Below are positions 13,201 through 22,868 of a DNA stretch of 32,000 bases, in pieces. Origin of the DNA: an uncultured Alphaproteobacteria bacterium (GTDB lineage: Bacteria > Pseudomonadota > Alphaproteobacteria > HIMB59). The DNA is taken from contig CACMIW010000005.1 in assembly GCA_902613845.1 (NCBI GenBank), forward strand, positions 60,535 through 92,534, given 5' to 3'. Made by a program: the position numbers and the translations under genes. The notes beneath the pieces were generated by a model. That model did not search any database. It worked only from the letters and a program-made list of their open reading frames with translations, and was not told where the DNA came from. Numbering within the stretch: position 1 is the first letter of the stretch; every line of letters begins with the position of its first letter.

Positions 13201-13865
13201 TGGGACAAAAAGTTAACCCTACATCACTAAGAGTTGGTATTAATAAATATTGGCAATCTACTTGGTTTGAAAAGAAAAGCTACTCTACTTTCTTAAAAGA
13301 AGATCATAAAATTAGAAATTATATTGAAAAGAATTACTCAATTGCAGGAATAAGTTCAGTTATCATTGAAAGAGCTGCAGCAAACCTCAAAATTATTATT
13401 CACACTTCGAAACCAGGTGTTCTTATTGGTAAAAAAGGTGCGGATATTGAAAAACTTAGAAATAGACTTTCGAAATTATCTGATAAGAGCATTTCATTAG
13501 ATATAAAAGAAATAAAAAAACCTGAAACAGATGCTTCTTTAGTTGCAGACTCAATTGCAAGACAGCTAGAAAAAAGAGTTGCTTTTAGAAAAGCTATGAA
13601 AAAATCAGGTTTATCGGCAATTAAACTTGGTGCTAAGGGCATTAAAATTGTATGTGGTGGTAGACTGGGCGGCGCTGAAATAGCAAGGTCAGAAAAGTTT
13701 TCTGAGGGAAGTGTACCTTTACATACCCTTAGAGCTGATATAGATTACGCAACTGCCCGTGCCTTAACAACTTATGGAATTATAGGAATTAAGGTTTGGC
13801 TTTATAAAGGCGAAAGTAAAAATACAACAAATAGATCAGATGATAAAAAAGAGAAAATAAATTAA
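13200..13865 (+). CDS. rpsC: 30S ribosomal protein S3
   Basis: 221 aa. [13 protein letters not shown], the KH-domain [11 protein letters not shown], and [12 protein letters not shown]. Confidence 0.98.
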   Translation: MGQKVNPTSLRVGINKYWQSTWFEKKSYSTFLKEDHKIRNYIEKNYSIAGISSVIIERAAANLKIIIHTSKPGVLIGKKGADIEKLRNRLSKLSDKSISLDIKEIKKPETDASLVADSIARQLEKRVAFRKAMKKSGLSAIKLGAKGIKIVCGGRLGGAEIARSEKFSEGSVPLHTLRADIDYATARALTTYGIIGIKVWLYKGESKNTTNRSDDKKEKIN

Positions 13866-14278
13866 TGCTATTACCGAAGAATACAAAATATAGAAAACAG
13901 CACAAAGGGAGAATTCACGGCAGTGCCAAGGGTAATTATGAACTAACATTTGGTTATTATGGACTTAAGTCATTAGATGCTGAGAGAGTAACAGCACGAC
14001 AAATTGAGGCATCTCGAAGGGCCATCACAAGATTTTTAAAAAGAGCTGGGAGACTCTGGATAAGAGTTTTTCCAGATGTACCAGTCACAGCAAAACCTGC
14101 AGAGGTTAGGATGGGTAAGGGAAAAGGAGCCATAGATAGATGGGTCTGCAGAGTAAAACCTGGAACTATAATGTTTGAGGTTGACGGTGTTGATAAGCAT
14201 TTAGCAAAAAAAGCTTTTGAACTAGCATCTGCAAAATTACCTGTAAAAACAACATTCGTATCATTGGATCAATTTTAA
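13865..14278 (+). CDS. rplP: 50S ribosomal protein L16
   Basis: 137 aa. [16 protein letters not shown] and [13 protein letters not shown] motifs. Confidence 0.98.
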   Translation: MLLPKNTKYRKQHKGRIHGSAKGNYELTFGYYGLKSLDAERVTARQIEASRRAITRFLKRAGRLWIRVFPDVPVTAKPAEVRMGKGKGAIDRWVCRVKPGTIMFEVDGVDKHLAKKAFELASAKLPVKTTFVSLDQF

Positions 14279-14433
14279 TGGCTGATAAAGATTTAAACAG
14301 TTTAAAAAAAGAGTTATTTAACCTTAAAATTATGAAGAAAAGCGGTCAACTCACAGATACCTCTCAATTTAAAAAGGTTAAAAAGCAAATCGCATCACTA
14401 TTAACAAAAGAAAGTTTAAATAAAAATGCCTAG
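14278..14433 (+). CDS. rpmC: 50S ribosomal protein L29, short 51 aa form, absent from the supplied ORF track
   Basis: Hand translation gives [51 protein letters not shown], then TAG. It aligns with the E. coli L29 core (L..E.FNL......GQL......K.V...IA...T). TAATG start at the rplP stop. Overlaps rpsQ by 8 nt. Confidence 0.88.
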   Translation: MADKDLNSLKKELFNLKIMKKSGQLTDTSQFKKVKKQIASLLTKESLNKNA

Positions 14434-14653
14434 ACGTATTTTAACTGGGAAAGTTGTAAAAAAATCAGGTGACAAAACTGTATCTGTTTTGGTAACAAGA
14501 CAGACTACTCACCCAATTTATAAAAAAATAATAAGAGTTTCAAAAAAATATCTTGCTCATGACAGTGATAATAAAATAATTGTTGGTGACTTTGTAAGAA
14601 TTCAAGAAACTAAACCTCTATCAAAATATAAATCTTGGGAAGTGATTAAATAA
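14426..14653 (+). CDS. rpsQ: 30S ribosomal protein S17
   Basis: 75 aa. [17 protein letters not shown]....HPIYKK and the C-terminal SKYKSWEV are S17-like. Confidence 0.97.
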   Translation: MPRRILTGKVVKKSGDKTVSVLVTRQTTHPIYKKIIRVSKKYLAHDSDNKIIVGDFVRIQETKPLSKYKSWEVIK

Positions 14654-15021
14654 TGATACAAGCAGAGTCAAATTTACAAGTTGCAGATAATTCTGGAGCT
14701 CGATTAATAAGCTGCATAAAAGTAATCGGTGGATCAAAAAGAAGATATGCGAGAATAGGAGACATTATTGTTGTTTCAGTCAAAGATGCTATTCCAAGAT
14801 CTAAAGTTAAAAAAGGTGAAGTACAAAGAGCTATTATAGTAAGAACAAAAAAGCCATTAATTAGGGAAGACGGTACATCAATTAAATTTGACTCTAATGC
14901 AGCTGTTCTTTTAGACAAACAAAATGAACCAATTGGAACAAGAATCTTTGGACCTGTTACTAGAGAACTTAGAAAAAGAAATATGATGAAAATAGTTAGT
15001 TTAGCTCCTGAGGTATTATAA
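14653..15021 (+). CDS. rplN: 50S ribosomal protein L14
   Basis: 122 aa. [17 protein letters not shown] is the canonical L14 N-terminus. Confidence 0.99.
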   Translation: MIQAESNLQVADNSGARLISCIKVIGGSKRRYARIGDIIVVSVKDAIPRSKVKKGEVQRAIIVRTKKPLIREDGTSIKFDSNAAVLLDKQNEPIGTRIFGPVTRELRKRNMMKIVSLAPEVL

Positions 15022-15329
15022 TGATTAAAAAGTACAAAAAGGGAGATGAAGTTATCGTAAAAGTTGGTAAAGATAAGGGAAAGATAGGTAAAATTTCAAA
15101 GATCATTAACTCTACTGATAAAGTTGTGATATCTGGTGTCAATGTAAGTAAAAAACATCAAAAGCCATCTCAAGAGTCTAAAGGAGGTATTGTTGATAAA
15201 GAAATGCCTATTCATATTTCAAATATTTTAGCTTATGACTCAAAATCTAAAAAATCCTCAAAAGTTGGTTTCAAAATTGAAAGTGGAAAAAAAATTAGAA
15301 TTTTAAAATCATCAGGAGATAAATACTAA
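15021..15329 (+). CDS. rplX: 50S ribosomal protein L24
   Basis: 102 aa. KOW-like KKGDEVIVKVGKDKGKIGKI. spc-operon position. Confidence 0.96.
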   Translation: MIKKYKKGDEVIVKVGKDKGKIGKISKIINSTDKVVISGVNVSKKHQKPSQESKGGIVDKEMPIHISNILAYDSKSKKSSKVGFKIESGKKIRILKSSGDKY

Positions 15330-15865
15330 TGTCACATACAGTCCAAGAACTTTTCAATGTTTCTGACCAGTTAGCCAAAAATCTAGAAATATCTCATAAG
15401 CTTGCTATTCCAAAAATTTCAAAAATAGTAATTAACGCTGGCATTGGAGCTATTAAAGAGGATAACAAAGCTATTGAAAAAATAAAAAAAGATTTATCTC
15501 TTATAACTGGTCAATCACCAGTTGTTAGAATGTCAAAAAAAGCTATCGCTTCCTTTAAAGTTAGAAAAGGAATGCCAGTAGGACTTTCTGTTACTCTCAG
15601 AAAAAATATGATGATGGAATTTTACGATAGACTTGTTAATATTGCTATGCCGCGTATTAAAGACTTCAGAGGATATAACAAAAAATCATTCGATGGCCAT
15701 GGTAACATTACTATAGGTATAAAAGATCATATTATTTTTCCTGAAATTAGTGTTGAAAATGTTGAAAATATCTTTGGTTTTGATATCACTATTGCCACTT
15801 CTGCAAATAATGACAAAGAGGGTTACGAACTTTTAAAATTAATGAACTTTCCATTTCAAAATTAA
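15329..15865 (+). CDS. rplE: 50S ribosomal protein L5
   Basis: 178 aa. [14 protein letters not shown] and DFRG...[22 protein letters not shown]. Confidence 0.98.
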   Translation: MSHTVQELFNVSDQLAKNLEISHKLAIPKISKIVINAGIGAIKEDNKAIEKIKKDLSLITGQSPVVRMSKKAIASFKVRKGMPVGLSVTLRKNMMMEFYDRLVNIAMPRIKDFRGYNKKSFDGHGNITIGIKDHIIFPEISVENVENIFGFDITIATSANNDKEGYELLKLMNFPFQN

Positions 15866-15867
15866 TC

Positions 15868-16173
15868 ATGGCAAAACAAAGCGCAATACAAAAAAATATA
15901 AATAGAAAAGTACTGATTGATAGACTCGGCGAAAAAAGAAAAAAATTAAAAACTCTTTTATCAAAAAAAGATTTACCATTTGAAGAAAGAGTAAAGATAC
16001 AAATGAAACTTGAGTCCTTACCAAGAAACTCATCAAGAATTAGATATAGAAATAGATGTTTCCTATCTGGTAGACCTCGCGGCGTTTACAGTAAATTTAA
16101 TTTATCTAGAATAGCTATAAGAGATATGGCTGGTAAGGGTCAAATACCAGGTTTAACGAAAGCGAGTTGGTAG
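15868..16173 (+). CDS. rpsN: 30S ribosomal protein S14, long form without the zinc Cys cluster
   Basis: 101 aa. C-terminal [40 protein letters not shown]. Confidence 0.97.
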   Translation: MAKQSAIQKNINRKVLIDRLGEKRKKLKTLLSKKDLPFEERVKIQMKLESLPRNSSRIRYRNRCFLSGRPRGVYSKFNLSRIAIRDMAGKGQIPGLTKASW

Positions 16174-16174
16174 T

Positions 16175-16561
16175 ATGAGTGACACACTAGCAGATATGAT
16201 TACAAGAATAAGAAATGGCCAAAAAGCCAATAAAATTTCAGTAAAAGCGATATTTTCAAAATTAAATGTTAACGTTTGTGATGTGCTCAAAAAAGAGGGA
16301 TATATTGACAATTTTGAAATTTTAGGTGATACAAAGAAAGATATTTCAATTACACTTAAATACTACAAAGGCTCACCGTTAATTAACAAAATCGAAAAGA
16401 TAACAAAACAAGGTTGTAGAGTATATAGTTCTGTAGATGAAATTCCTAAGACTATTGGAGGTTTAGGTACCACAATTTTATCAACTTCAAAGGGCGTAAT
16501 GTCTGACTCCGATGCAAGAGAAAAAAAAGTAGGAGGGGAAGTGCTAATAAGCGTTTTCTAA
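16175..16561 (+). CDS. rpsH: 30S ribosomal protein S8
   Basis: 128 aa. SDTLADMITRIRNGQKA and a GGEVL...VF C-terminus. Confidence 0.97.
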   Translation: MSDTLADMITRIRNGQKANKISVKAIFSKLNVNVCDVLKKEGYIDNFEILGDTKKDISITLKYYKGSPLINKIEKITKQGCRVYSSVDEIPKTIGGLGTTILSTSKGVMSDSDAREKKVGGEVLISVF

Positions 16562-16564
16562 AAT

Positions 16565-17080
16565 ATGTCAAGATTAGCAAGAAACCCTATTAACATTCCT
16601 GAAGATATAAAAGTTACTATGAAAGATAACGAAATTAATTTTGAGGGTAAGTTAGGAAAATCATCAACTGTTCTTCCTATTGGAATTAAGGTTGACCATA
16701 AAGATAATCTTTTACATTTTTCTGGAGAAAATAAAGCACTTCTTGGAACTATTTATTCAAATGTTAAAAATGAAATTATTGGCAATTCAAAAGGATTTGA
16801 AAAAAGACTTGAACTAATTGGAACTGGATACAAAGCTAATGTTTCTGGAAAAAAGCTCGTCTTATCACTCGGTTTTAGTCACGATATCAACTTTGAAATT
16901 CCTGAGCGTATTTCTATAAAAGTTGAAAAAAATATTGTGGTAGTTACTGGAACAAGTAAGCAATTAGTCGGTCAAGTTGCAGCTGAAATCAAGTCATTTA
17001 GAAAACCAGAGCCTTACAAAGGCAAGGGTGTTCGATATGAAGGTGAAAGAATTTATAGAAAAGAAGGTAAGAAAAAATAA
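16565..17080 (+). CDS. rplF: 50S ribosomal protein L6
   Basis: 171 aa. MSRLARNPINIP and PEPYKGKGVRYEGE motifs. Confidence 0.97.
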   Translation: MSRLARNPINIPEDIKVTMKDNEINFEGKLGKSSTVLPIGIKVDHKDNLLHFSGENKALLGTIYSNVKNEIIGNSKGFEKRLELIGTGYKANVSGKKLVLSLGFSHDINFEIPERISIKVEKNIVVVTGTSKQLVGQVAAEIKSFRKPEPYKGKGVRYEGERIYRKEGKKK

Positions 17081-17427
17081 TGAACAAAGATAAAACTAGA
17101 GCTCTTCGTAGAAAATTAAGAGTCAGAAAAAAATTGAACAATACAAAAAAACATAAACTCTTAGTTTTTAGATCCTCTAAACACATTTATGCTTCAGTAT
17201 TATCTGAGGGTAATGATAAAACATTATGCTCATTTTCTTCAGTTAAACTAGAGAAAGCTGAGGGGCAAAAAAAAGCTGATGTAGCTAAAATCGTTGGCTC
17301 AAAAATTGCTGAACTAGCTATAGAAAAAGGTATTAAAGAAGTAAAATTTGATAAAGGTTCATATAAGTATCATGGAAGGCTTAAAGAATTAGCTGATGCA
17401 GCAAGAGAAAAAGGTTTATCGTTTTAA
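17080..17427 (+). CDS. rplR: 50S ribosomal protein L18
   Basis: 115 aa. LLVFRSSKHIYASV and YKYHGRLKELADAAREKGLSF. Confidence 0.96.
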   Translation: MNKDKTRALRRKLRVRKKLNNTKKHKLLVFRSSKHIYASVLSEGNDKTLCSFSSVKLEKAEGQKKADVAKIVGSKIAELAIEKGIKEVKFDKGSYKYHGRLKELADAAREKGLSF

Positions 17428-17939
17428 TGTTAGAAAGTAATACAAATAAAGAATTAATAGAAAAGCTTATTTCAGTTAGAAGAGTATCTAAAGTTGTCAA
17501 AGGTGGAAGAAGATTTGGTTTTGCTGCCCTTGTTGTTAGTGGTGATGGACAAGGTAGAGTTGGTTTTGGATCAGGAAAAGCCAAAGAAGTACCTGAAGCA
17601 ATCAGAAAAGCATCTGAAGAAGCCAAGAAAACTATGGTTAGAATACCTTTAAGAGAGGGTAGAACTATTCACCATGATGTCAAAGCAAAATTCTCCTCAA
17701 GCACTGTAATTTTAAGATCTGCTCCAAAAGGAACAGGTATAATCTCAGGCGGTCCATCTAGAGCTATTTTTGAGGCATTGGGCATTTCGGATGTTGTATC
17801 TAAAGCTATCGGAACAAAAAATCCACACAATATTGTTCGATCAACAATTAAAGCTTTAAAAAGTATCAATACACCAAAATCAGTTTCTTCAAGAAGAAGC
17901 ATAGAGATAAATTCTGTCATTAGCAAAAGAGAAAATTAA
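17427..17939 (+). CDS. rpsE: 30S ribosomal protein S5
   Basis: 170 aa. [40 protein letters not shown]. Confidence 0.98.
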   Translation: MLESNTNKELIEKLISVRRVSKVVKGGRRFGFAALVVSGDGQGRVGFGSGKAKEVPEAIRKASEEAKKTMVRIPLREGRTIHHDVKAKFSSSTVILRSAPKGTGIISGGPSRAIFEALGISDVVSKAIGTKNPHNIVRSTIKALKSINTPKSVSSRRSIEINSVISKREN

Positions 17940-17941
17940 TC

Positions 17942-18376
17942 ATGATAAATAAAATTTCAAAACAACGTCAAACAAACAGAAAAAGAAAAGGTAAAGGAAT
18001 TGGCTCTGGATTAGGAAAAACAGCAGGTAGAGGTCACAAAGGGCAAAAATCTAGGTCAGGTGTTGCTGTTAGAAATTTTGAAGGTGGTCAAATGCCCATT
18101 TATAGAAAAACTCCAAAAAGAGGTTTTAATTCATTAAAAAAAATAAATCCTAAATCTTTAACTTTGTCTTTAGTAAGTTTTAATAAGTTTAAAGAAAATT
18201 CTTTAATTGATAATAATTTTTTAATACAAGAGGGTTTCTTAAAAAAGAAAGATCATAAAAAATCAATTAAACTAATCGACTCAATTCAGTTTAAAAAGAA
18301 ACTTCAATTTAAAAATTTTAAGGTTACTCCTGGTGCCAAAAAAAGAATAGAAGAACTAGGTGGATCTACATCATAA
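17942..18376 (+). CDS. rplO: 50S ribosomal protein L15
   Basis: 144 aa. [26 protein letters not shown]. Starts 2 nt after the rpsE stop, so no rpmD lies between them. Confidence 0.96.
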   Translation: MINKISKQRQTNRKRKGKGIGSGLGKTAGRGHKGQKSRSGVAVRNFEGGQMPIYRKTPKRGFNSLKKINPKSLTLSLVSFNKFKENSLIDNNFLIQEGFLKKKDHKKSIKLIDSIQFKKKLQFKNFKVTPGAKKRIEELGGSTS

Positions 18377-18385
18377 TTTTAGATT

Positions 18386-19714
18386 ATGAATATAAAAGTA
18401 CCAAATATTGACTATAGCGAAGCAATAAAAAGCTCAGGCTTATTTAAAAAATTAGGTTTTGTTTTATTTGCAATAGCCGTTTATCGTCTTGGAACATATA
18501 TTCCTGTCCCTGGTATCAACTCAGCTGTTTTAGAACAAATATTTGAACAACATCGTGGAGGAATTTTAGGAATATTTGATATGTTTTCAGGTGGTGCTCT
18601 AATGCGCATGTCTATATTTACACTAGGTGTTATGCCTTACATTTCTGCATCAATTATAATGACATTAATGCAGTCATCTTTTGATAGTTTAAAAGCCCTT
18701 AAAGAACAGGGCACACAAGGAAGGAAAAAAATTCAACAATACACCAGATATTTAACAATTCTATTAGGTCTTTTTCAAAGCTATGGAATATCAAACGGTA
18801 TACTAAACTTATCTGATACCGTTGATCCAACTTTAGGCAGTGTAGCCTTTTTTCAAATTTCTGCCGTAATTACAATGACGTCTGGAACTATTTTTTTAAT
18901 GTGGTTGGGTGAACAGATAACTGAAAATGGTTTTGGAAGTGGAATTTCAATTATAATTTTTTCTGGAATCGTGGCTAATCTTCCATTTGCTATTTTCAAT
19001 ACTTTTGAACTTGGAAGAACTGGTGCACTTTCAGCTATTGCAATTATATCAATAATTTTTTTACTTCTTATATTAATAGTAGTTATTGTTTTTATCGAAA
19101 GAGCTCAAAGAAGATTATTAGTTCAATACCCAAAACGACAAGTGGGTAATAAAGTTTTTGGTGGTCAATCTTCTTACCTACCAATAAAAATAAATATTTC
19201 AGGTGTTATACCTGCTATTTTTGCATCATCTTTATTATTATTTCCTAATACTATTTCTAATTTTTCACCTGAAAGCTCTGGTTTCCTATCTAGTTTAGGA
19301 TTTTACTTATCTCATGGAAAACCACTTTACATGGCGTTTTTCTTCGGTTTGATTGTTTTCTTTGCATTTTTTTATACTAGTATTGTTTTTAACCCTAAAG
19401 AACAGGCAGAAAATTTAAGAAACAACGGAGGTTTTGTTTTAGGTTATAGACCAGGTGAGCAAACAGCTACTTACTTAGAACATGTTATATATAGGCTAAC
19501 TTTTGTAGGTGCTATTTATTTAGGTTTAATTGCCTTAATTCCTGAATTTTTAATTGCTAGACTATCAGTTCCTTTTTATTTAGGAGGCACAAGTCTTTTG
19601 ATAGTCGTTATTGTGGCAATGGATTTCTTTTCACAGATTCAAACACAATTATTTTCATCTCAATATGAAAAATTATTAAGTAAAAATAAAATTTATAAAA
19701 GTAAATGGTTATAG
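18386..19714 (+). CDS. secY: Preprotein translocase subunit SecY
   Basis: 442 aa polytopic membrane protein. GIMPYISASII-like segment (GVMPYISASIIM). Lies between rplO and adk. Confidence 0.98.
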   Translation: MNIKVPNIDYSEAIKSSGLFKKLGFVLFAIAVYRLGTYIPVPGINSAVLEQIFEQHRGGILGIFDMFSGGALMRMSIFTLGVMPYISASIIMTLMQSSFDSLKALKEQGTQGRKKIQQYTRYLTILLGLFQSYGISNGILNLSDTVDPTLGSVAFFQISAVITMTSGTIFLMWLGEQITENGFGSGISIIIFSGIVANLPFAIFNTFELGRTGALSAIAIISIIFLLLILIVVIVFIERAQRRLLVQYPKRQVGNKVFGGQSSYLPIKINISGVIPAIFASSLLLFPNTISNFSPESSGFLSSLGFYLSHGKPLYMAFFFGLIVFFAFFYTSIVFNPKEQAENLRNNGGFVLGYRPGEQTATYLEHVIYRLTFVGAIYLGLIALIPEFLIARLSVPFYLGGTSLLIVVIVAMDFFSQIQTQLFSSQYEKLLSKNKIYKSKWL

Positions 19715-20259
19715 TATTTATTGGCCCTCCAGGTTGTGGTAAGGGTACGCAAGCAAACATTTTAAAAGAGAGTATTTTACCTGATCTGAACATTCTAACT
19801 GTTAGTTCTCTTTTGAAAGAGAAATCTCAAGATGAGAGTATTTTGGGAAAAGATATTAAAAATAAAATGGATAATGGTGACCTAATTGAGGATTCAATTG
19901 TGATTTCAGTTTTAAAAGAAAAAGTAAATACTTTGTCGAACGAGCAGATTTTGATTGATGGTTTTCCTAGAAGTTCAATTCAAGCTGACTCACTTCTTGA
20001 AATATTTGAAAACAAAGATTTAAGTATTATCAATTTTGACGTTGATGATGATCAACTCCTCGAGAGAATTAAAAAAAGATCTATGGAAGAGTCTAGAGCA
20101 GACGATAGTTTTTTTGAAAAAAGACTACAAATTTATAAGAAATCTCACCTAGAAATATTAAACTCACTAAAAAAAAATTATTCAGTTACTGACATTCCAG
20201 CCAATGATGAAATTAGCTCTGTAACTAAGAAAATCATTGATAAACTTGGATTAAATTAA
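19705..20259 (+). CDS. adk: Adenylate kinase, short type with a minimal LID
   Basis: 184 aa. P-loop GPPGCGKGTQA and DGFPRS. Overlaps the secY 3' end by 10 nt. Confidence 0.95.
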   Translation: MVIVFIGPPGCGKGTQANILKESILPDLNILTVSSLLKEKSQDESILGKDIKNKMDNGDLIEDSIVISVLKEKVNTLSNEQILIDGFPRSSIQADSLLEIFENKDLSIINFDVDDDQLLERIKKRSMEESRADDSFFEKRLQIYKKSHLEILNSLKKNYSVTDIPANDEISSVTKKIIDKLGLN

Positions 20260-20270
20260 GGTGATTTATA

Positions 20271-20299
20271 TTGACTTTTAAATACTTTTTTAATAATTT
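20271..20299 (+). promoter_or_regulatory. Candidate internal promoter ahead of rpsM
   Basis: TTGACT (20271-20276) followed by the A/T-rich TAATAATTT block (20291-20299). TAATTT sits at 17 nt spacing, in the largest gap (61 nt) of the ribosomal block. AGGAG (20309-20313) lies 7 nt before the TTG start at 20321. Confidence 0.35.
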
Positions 20300-20320
20300 C
20301 ACCAACTCAGGAGTTCTCAA

Positions 20321-20698
20321 TTGGCAAGAATAGCAGGTGTAAATTTACCAGTAAATAAAAGAGCATTAGTTTCTCTTACTTACATTCATGGAATAGGCCC
20401 TAAATATGCCATGGATATTCTAAAAGCAAATAGCTTAGATCCAACAAAAAGAATAAAAGATTTTACTGAAGATGAAATATCAAAAATAAGAAAATCAATA
20501 GATGAGAAATATACTGTTGAGGGTGATCTTAGAAGAGTAGTATCCCAAAATATTAAAAGGCTAAAAGATTTAGGTTGCTATCGTGGTTTAAGACATAGAA
20601 AACAACTACCAACAAGAGGTCAGAGAACTCACACCAATGCTAGAACTAGAAAAGGTAAAGCTGTAGCTATAGCTGGAAAGAAAAAAGTAACAAAATAA
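20321..20698 (+). CDS. rpsM: 30S ribosomal protein S13 (TTG start)
   Basis: 125 aa. (M)ARIAGVNLP, and the C-terminal [18 protein letters not shown] start is required to keep the conserved N-terminus. Confidence 0.98.
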   Translation: MARIAGVNLPVNKRALVSLTYIHGIGPKYAMDILKANSLDPTKRIKDFTEDEISKIRKSIDEKYTVEGDLRRVVSQNIKRLKDLGCYRGLRHRKQLPTRGQRTHTNARTRKGKAVAIAGKKKVTK

Positions 20699-20699
20699 A

Positions 20700-21098
20700 A
20701 TGGCTAAAAACGAAAAAAAAACTTCTGATAAAAAAAAATCAAAAAAAAGTTTTGGACAAAACGGTGTTGTTCACATAAAAAGTTCTTTTAACAATACTAT
20801 TGTAACAATTTCTGATATTAGTGGAAATGCTGTATCTTGGTCCTCAAGTGGTTCAATGGGTTTCAGGGGTTCTAAGAAATCTACCCCCTATGCTGCACAA
20901 ATCGCTACTGATGCAGCTGGAAAAAAAGCATATGATGTTGGGTTGAGAAAACTTGATGTTCTCATGAAGGGCCCTGGATCTGGTAGAGAGTCTGCTTTAA
21001 GAGCTTTACAAAACATAGGGTTTATTATTAATAATATTAAAGACGTCACACCGCTTCCACATAACGGATGCAGACCTAAAAAGAAACGAAGAGTATAA
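20700..21098 (+). CDS. rpsK: 30S ribosomal protein S11
   Basis: 132 aa. [18 protein letters not shown] and [13 protein letters not shown]. Confidence 0.98.
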   Translation: MAKNEKKTSDKKKSKKSFGQNGVVHIKSSFNNTIVTISDISGNAVSWSSSGSMGFRGSKKSTPYAAQIATDAAGKKAYDVGLRKLDVLMKGPGSGRESALRALQNIGFIINNIKDVTPLPHNGCRPKKKRRV

Positions 21099-21120
21099 AC
21101 TAAATTTATAGGAGTTAAAA

Positions 21121-22149
21121 TTGATAGAGAATAATTGGATAACTTTGGTCAAACCAAACAAAGTTGATTATAAAATAAGCGATAATAAGAAATTTGGAAC
21201 CGTTGTCATTGAACCTTTGGAAAAAGGTTTCGGCACCACATTAGGTAACGCACTCAGAAGAGTGCTTTTATCCTCATTACAAGGTACAGCTATATCGTCA
21301 ATAAAAATTAATGGTGTGCTTCATGAATTTTCTACAATAGAGGGAGTAAGAGAAGATGTGACTGATATCATCATGAACCTTAAAAATGTTACTTTCAGTT
21401 CAAAAAGTAATCATTCTCAAAAATTAAGCCTAAATATAAAAGGTCCAAAAGAAGTTCTTTCCTCAGATTTTGAAGAAAACCCAGAAGTAGAAATTATTGA
21501 TAAAGAAGCTGTAATTATGAATGTCGACTCTAATAGAGAAGTAAACCTAGAAATATTCTTAGATGTAAACAAAGGTTACATATCTGCAGAAAAAAATAAA
21601 GATAATGAAAACAAAAGTGTCGGACAAATTATGCTTGATGCAACTTACAGTCCCGTAAAAAGAGTCTCATTTAATGTAGAAAATTCTCGAATTGGTCAAG
21701 ATACTGAGTTTGATAAACTTATCTTAGATATTGAAACTAACGGAACTGTGTCCCCAGACGACGCTGCTGCTTTAGCCGCAAGAATTCTTCAAGATCAACT
21801 CAAGCCCTTTATCAATTTTGAAGAGCCTTCAGAAGATGAAAGAAAAAAACTACAATCATCAAATGAACCGCAGTTTAATAAGAACTTACTCAAGAAGGTA
21901 GATGAGCTAGAACTTTCAGTCAGATCAGCGAACTGTCTAAAAAATGACAATATTTTTTATATTGGTGATTTAGTTCAAAAAACTGAAGGAGAAATGTTAA
22001 GAACACCTAATTTTGGTAGGAAATCCCTTGATGAGATAAAAGAAGTTCTATCTTCAATGAGTCTCAGCATGGGTATGGATTTACCCGGCTGGCCGCCAGA
22101 AAATATAGAAGAGTTATCAAAAAAATACGAAGATCCTTTTAAAGTATAA
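21121..22149 (+). CDS. rpoA: DNA-directed RNA polymerase alpha subunit (TTG start)
   Basis: 342 aa. [15 protein letters not shown], and in the C-terminal domain [19 protein letters not shown] lies upstream of the TTG. Confidence 0.98.
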   Translation: MIENNWITLVKPNKVDYKISDNKKFGTVVIEPLEKGFGTTLGNALRRVLLSSLQGTAISSIKINGVLHEFSTIEGVREDVTDIIMNLKNVTFSSKSNHSQKLSLNIKGPKEVLSSDFEENPEVEIIDKEAVIMNVDSNREVNLEIFLDVNKGYISAEKNKDNENKSVGQIMLDATYSPVKRVSFNVENSRIGQDTEFDKLILDIETNGTVSPDDAAALAARILQDQLKPFINFEEPSEDERKKLQSSNEPQFNKNLLKKVDELELSVRSANCLKNDNIFYIGDLVQKTEGEMLRTPNFGRKSLDEIKEVLSSMSLSMGMDLPGWPPENIEELSKKYEDPFKV

Positions 22150-22505
22150 TGAAACACGGACTTAAACAACGAAAGTTAAATAGAACTTCCTCTCATAGAT
22201 TAGCTTTGTTAAAAAACTTATCTATTAGTCTCATCAAGCACGAGACTATTACTACAACTACTGAAAAAGCAAAAGAGCTAAGACCTTTTATTGAGAAATT
22301 AGTTACAAAAGCTAAAAATGATAACTTAAGTAATAGAAAATATATATTAGCCAAGCTTTTTAATAATAAGGAAGCATGTCAAAAATTATTTTCTGAAATT
22401 TCTAAAGAGCAAAAAAACAGAAATGGCGGATACACTCGCATTATTAAAAAAGGCAACAGATTTGGTGATTTTGCTCACACAAGTATTATTCAGTTCGTAA
22501 AATAA
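22149..22505 (+). CDS. rplQ: 50S ribosomal protein L17
   Basis: 118 aa. [29 protein letters not shown] junction with rpoA. Confidence 0.97.
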   Translation: MKHGLKQRKLNRTSSHRLALLKNLSISLIKHETITTTTEKAKELRPFIEKLVTKAKNDNLSNRKYILAKLFNNKEACQKLFSEISKEQKNRNGGYTRIIKKGNRFGDFAHTSIIQFVK

Positions 22506-22511
22506 AAATCT

Positions 22512-22868
22512 ATGTCATCTTATTTAGCGCTCGTGATAGGTGCTATATTAGGATCAAGCCTTCGTTACTTCTTCACTATTTTAAACTTCACTTTTTTAGG
22601 GCTACCCACAGCAACAATATTAGTAAATATCATTGGTTCTGCTATGGCAGGTTATTTTTTAAATAAATTTAATGGTGCACTATATATTTTTTTTTATGTC
22701 GGTTTATTTGGTAGTTTTACTACTCTATCTTCCTTCAATGTTGAACTATTTTCATTAGTTTCTGATAAATCTTTTATCAAAGCATTTATATATTTTTCTT
22801 TTAACATTTTTATATCTTTTATTTTCTTTTATTTATTTCATATGGTTAGTCTTAGATTTGCAAATTAA
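22512..22868 (+). CDS. crcB: CrcB/Fluc-family fluoride channel
   Basis: 118 aa, four hydrophobic segments. GS.RY near the N-terminus and GLFGSFTTLSSF, the CrcB signature region. Confidence 0.85.
   Translation: MSSYLALVIGAILGSSLRYFFTILNFTFLGLPTATILVNIIGSAMAGYFLNKFNGALYIFFYVGLFGSFTTLSSFNVELFSLVSDKSFIKAFIYFSFNIFISFIFFYLFHMVSLRFAN

Noticed and set aside
20261-20303. Possible hairpin (GGTGA ... TCACC) after adk as a terminator
   Set aside because: The stem is only 5 bp with a loop of about 30 nt. No T-tract follows, and it would enclose the candidate promoter. This is not a credible intrinsic terminator.
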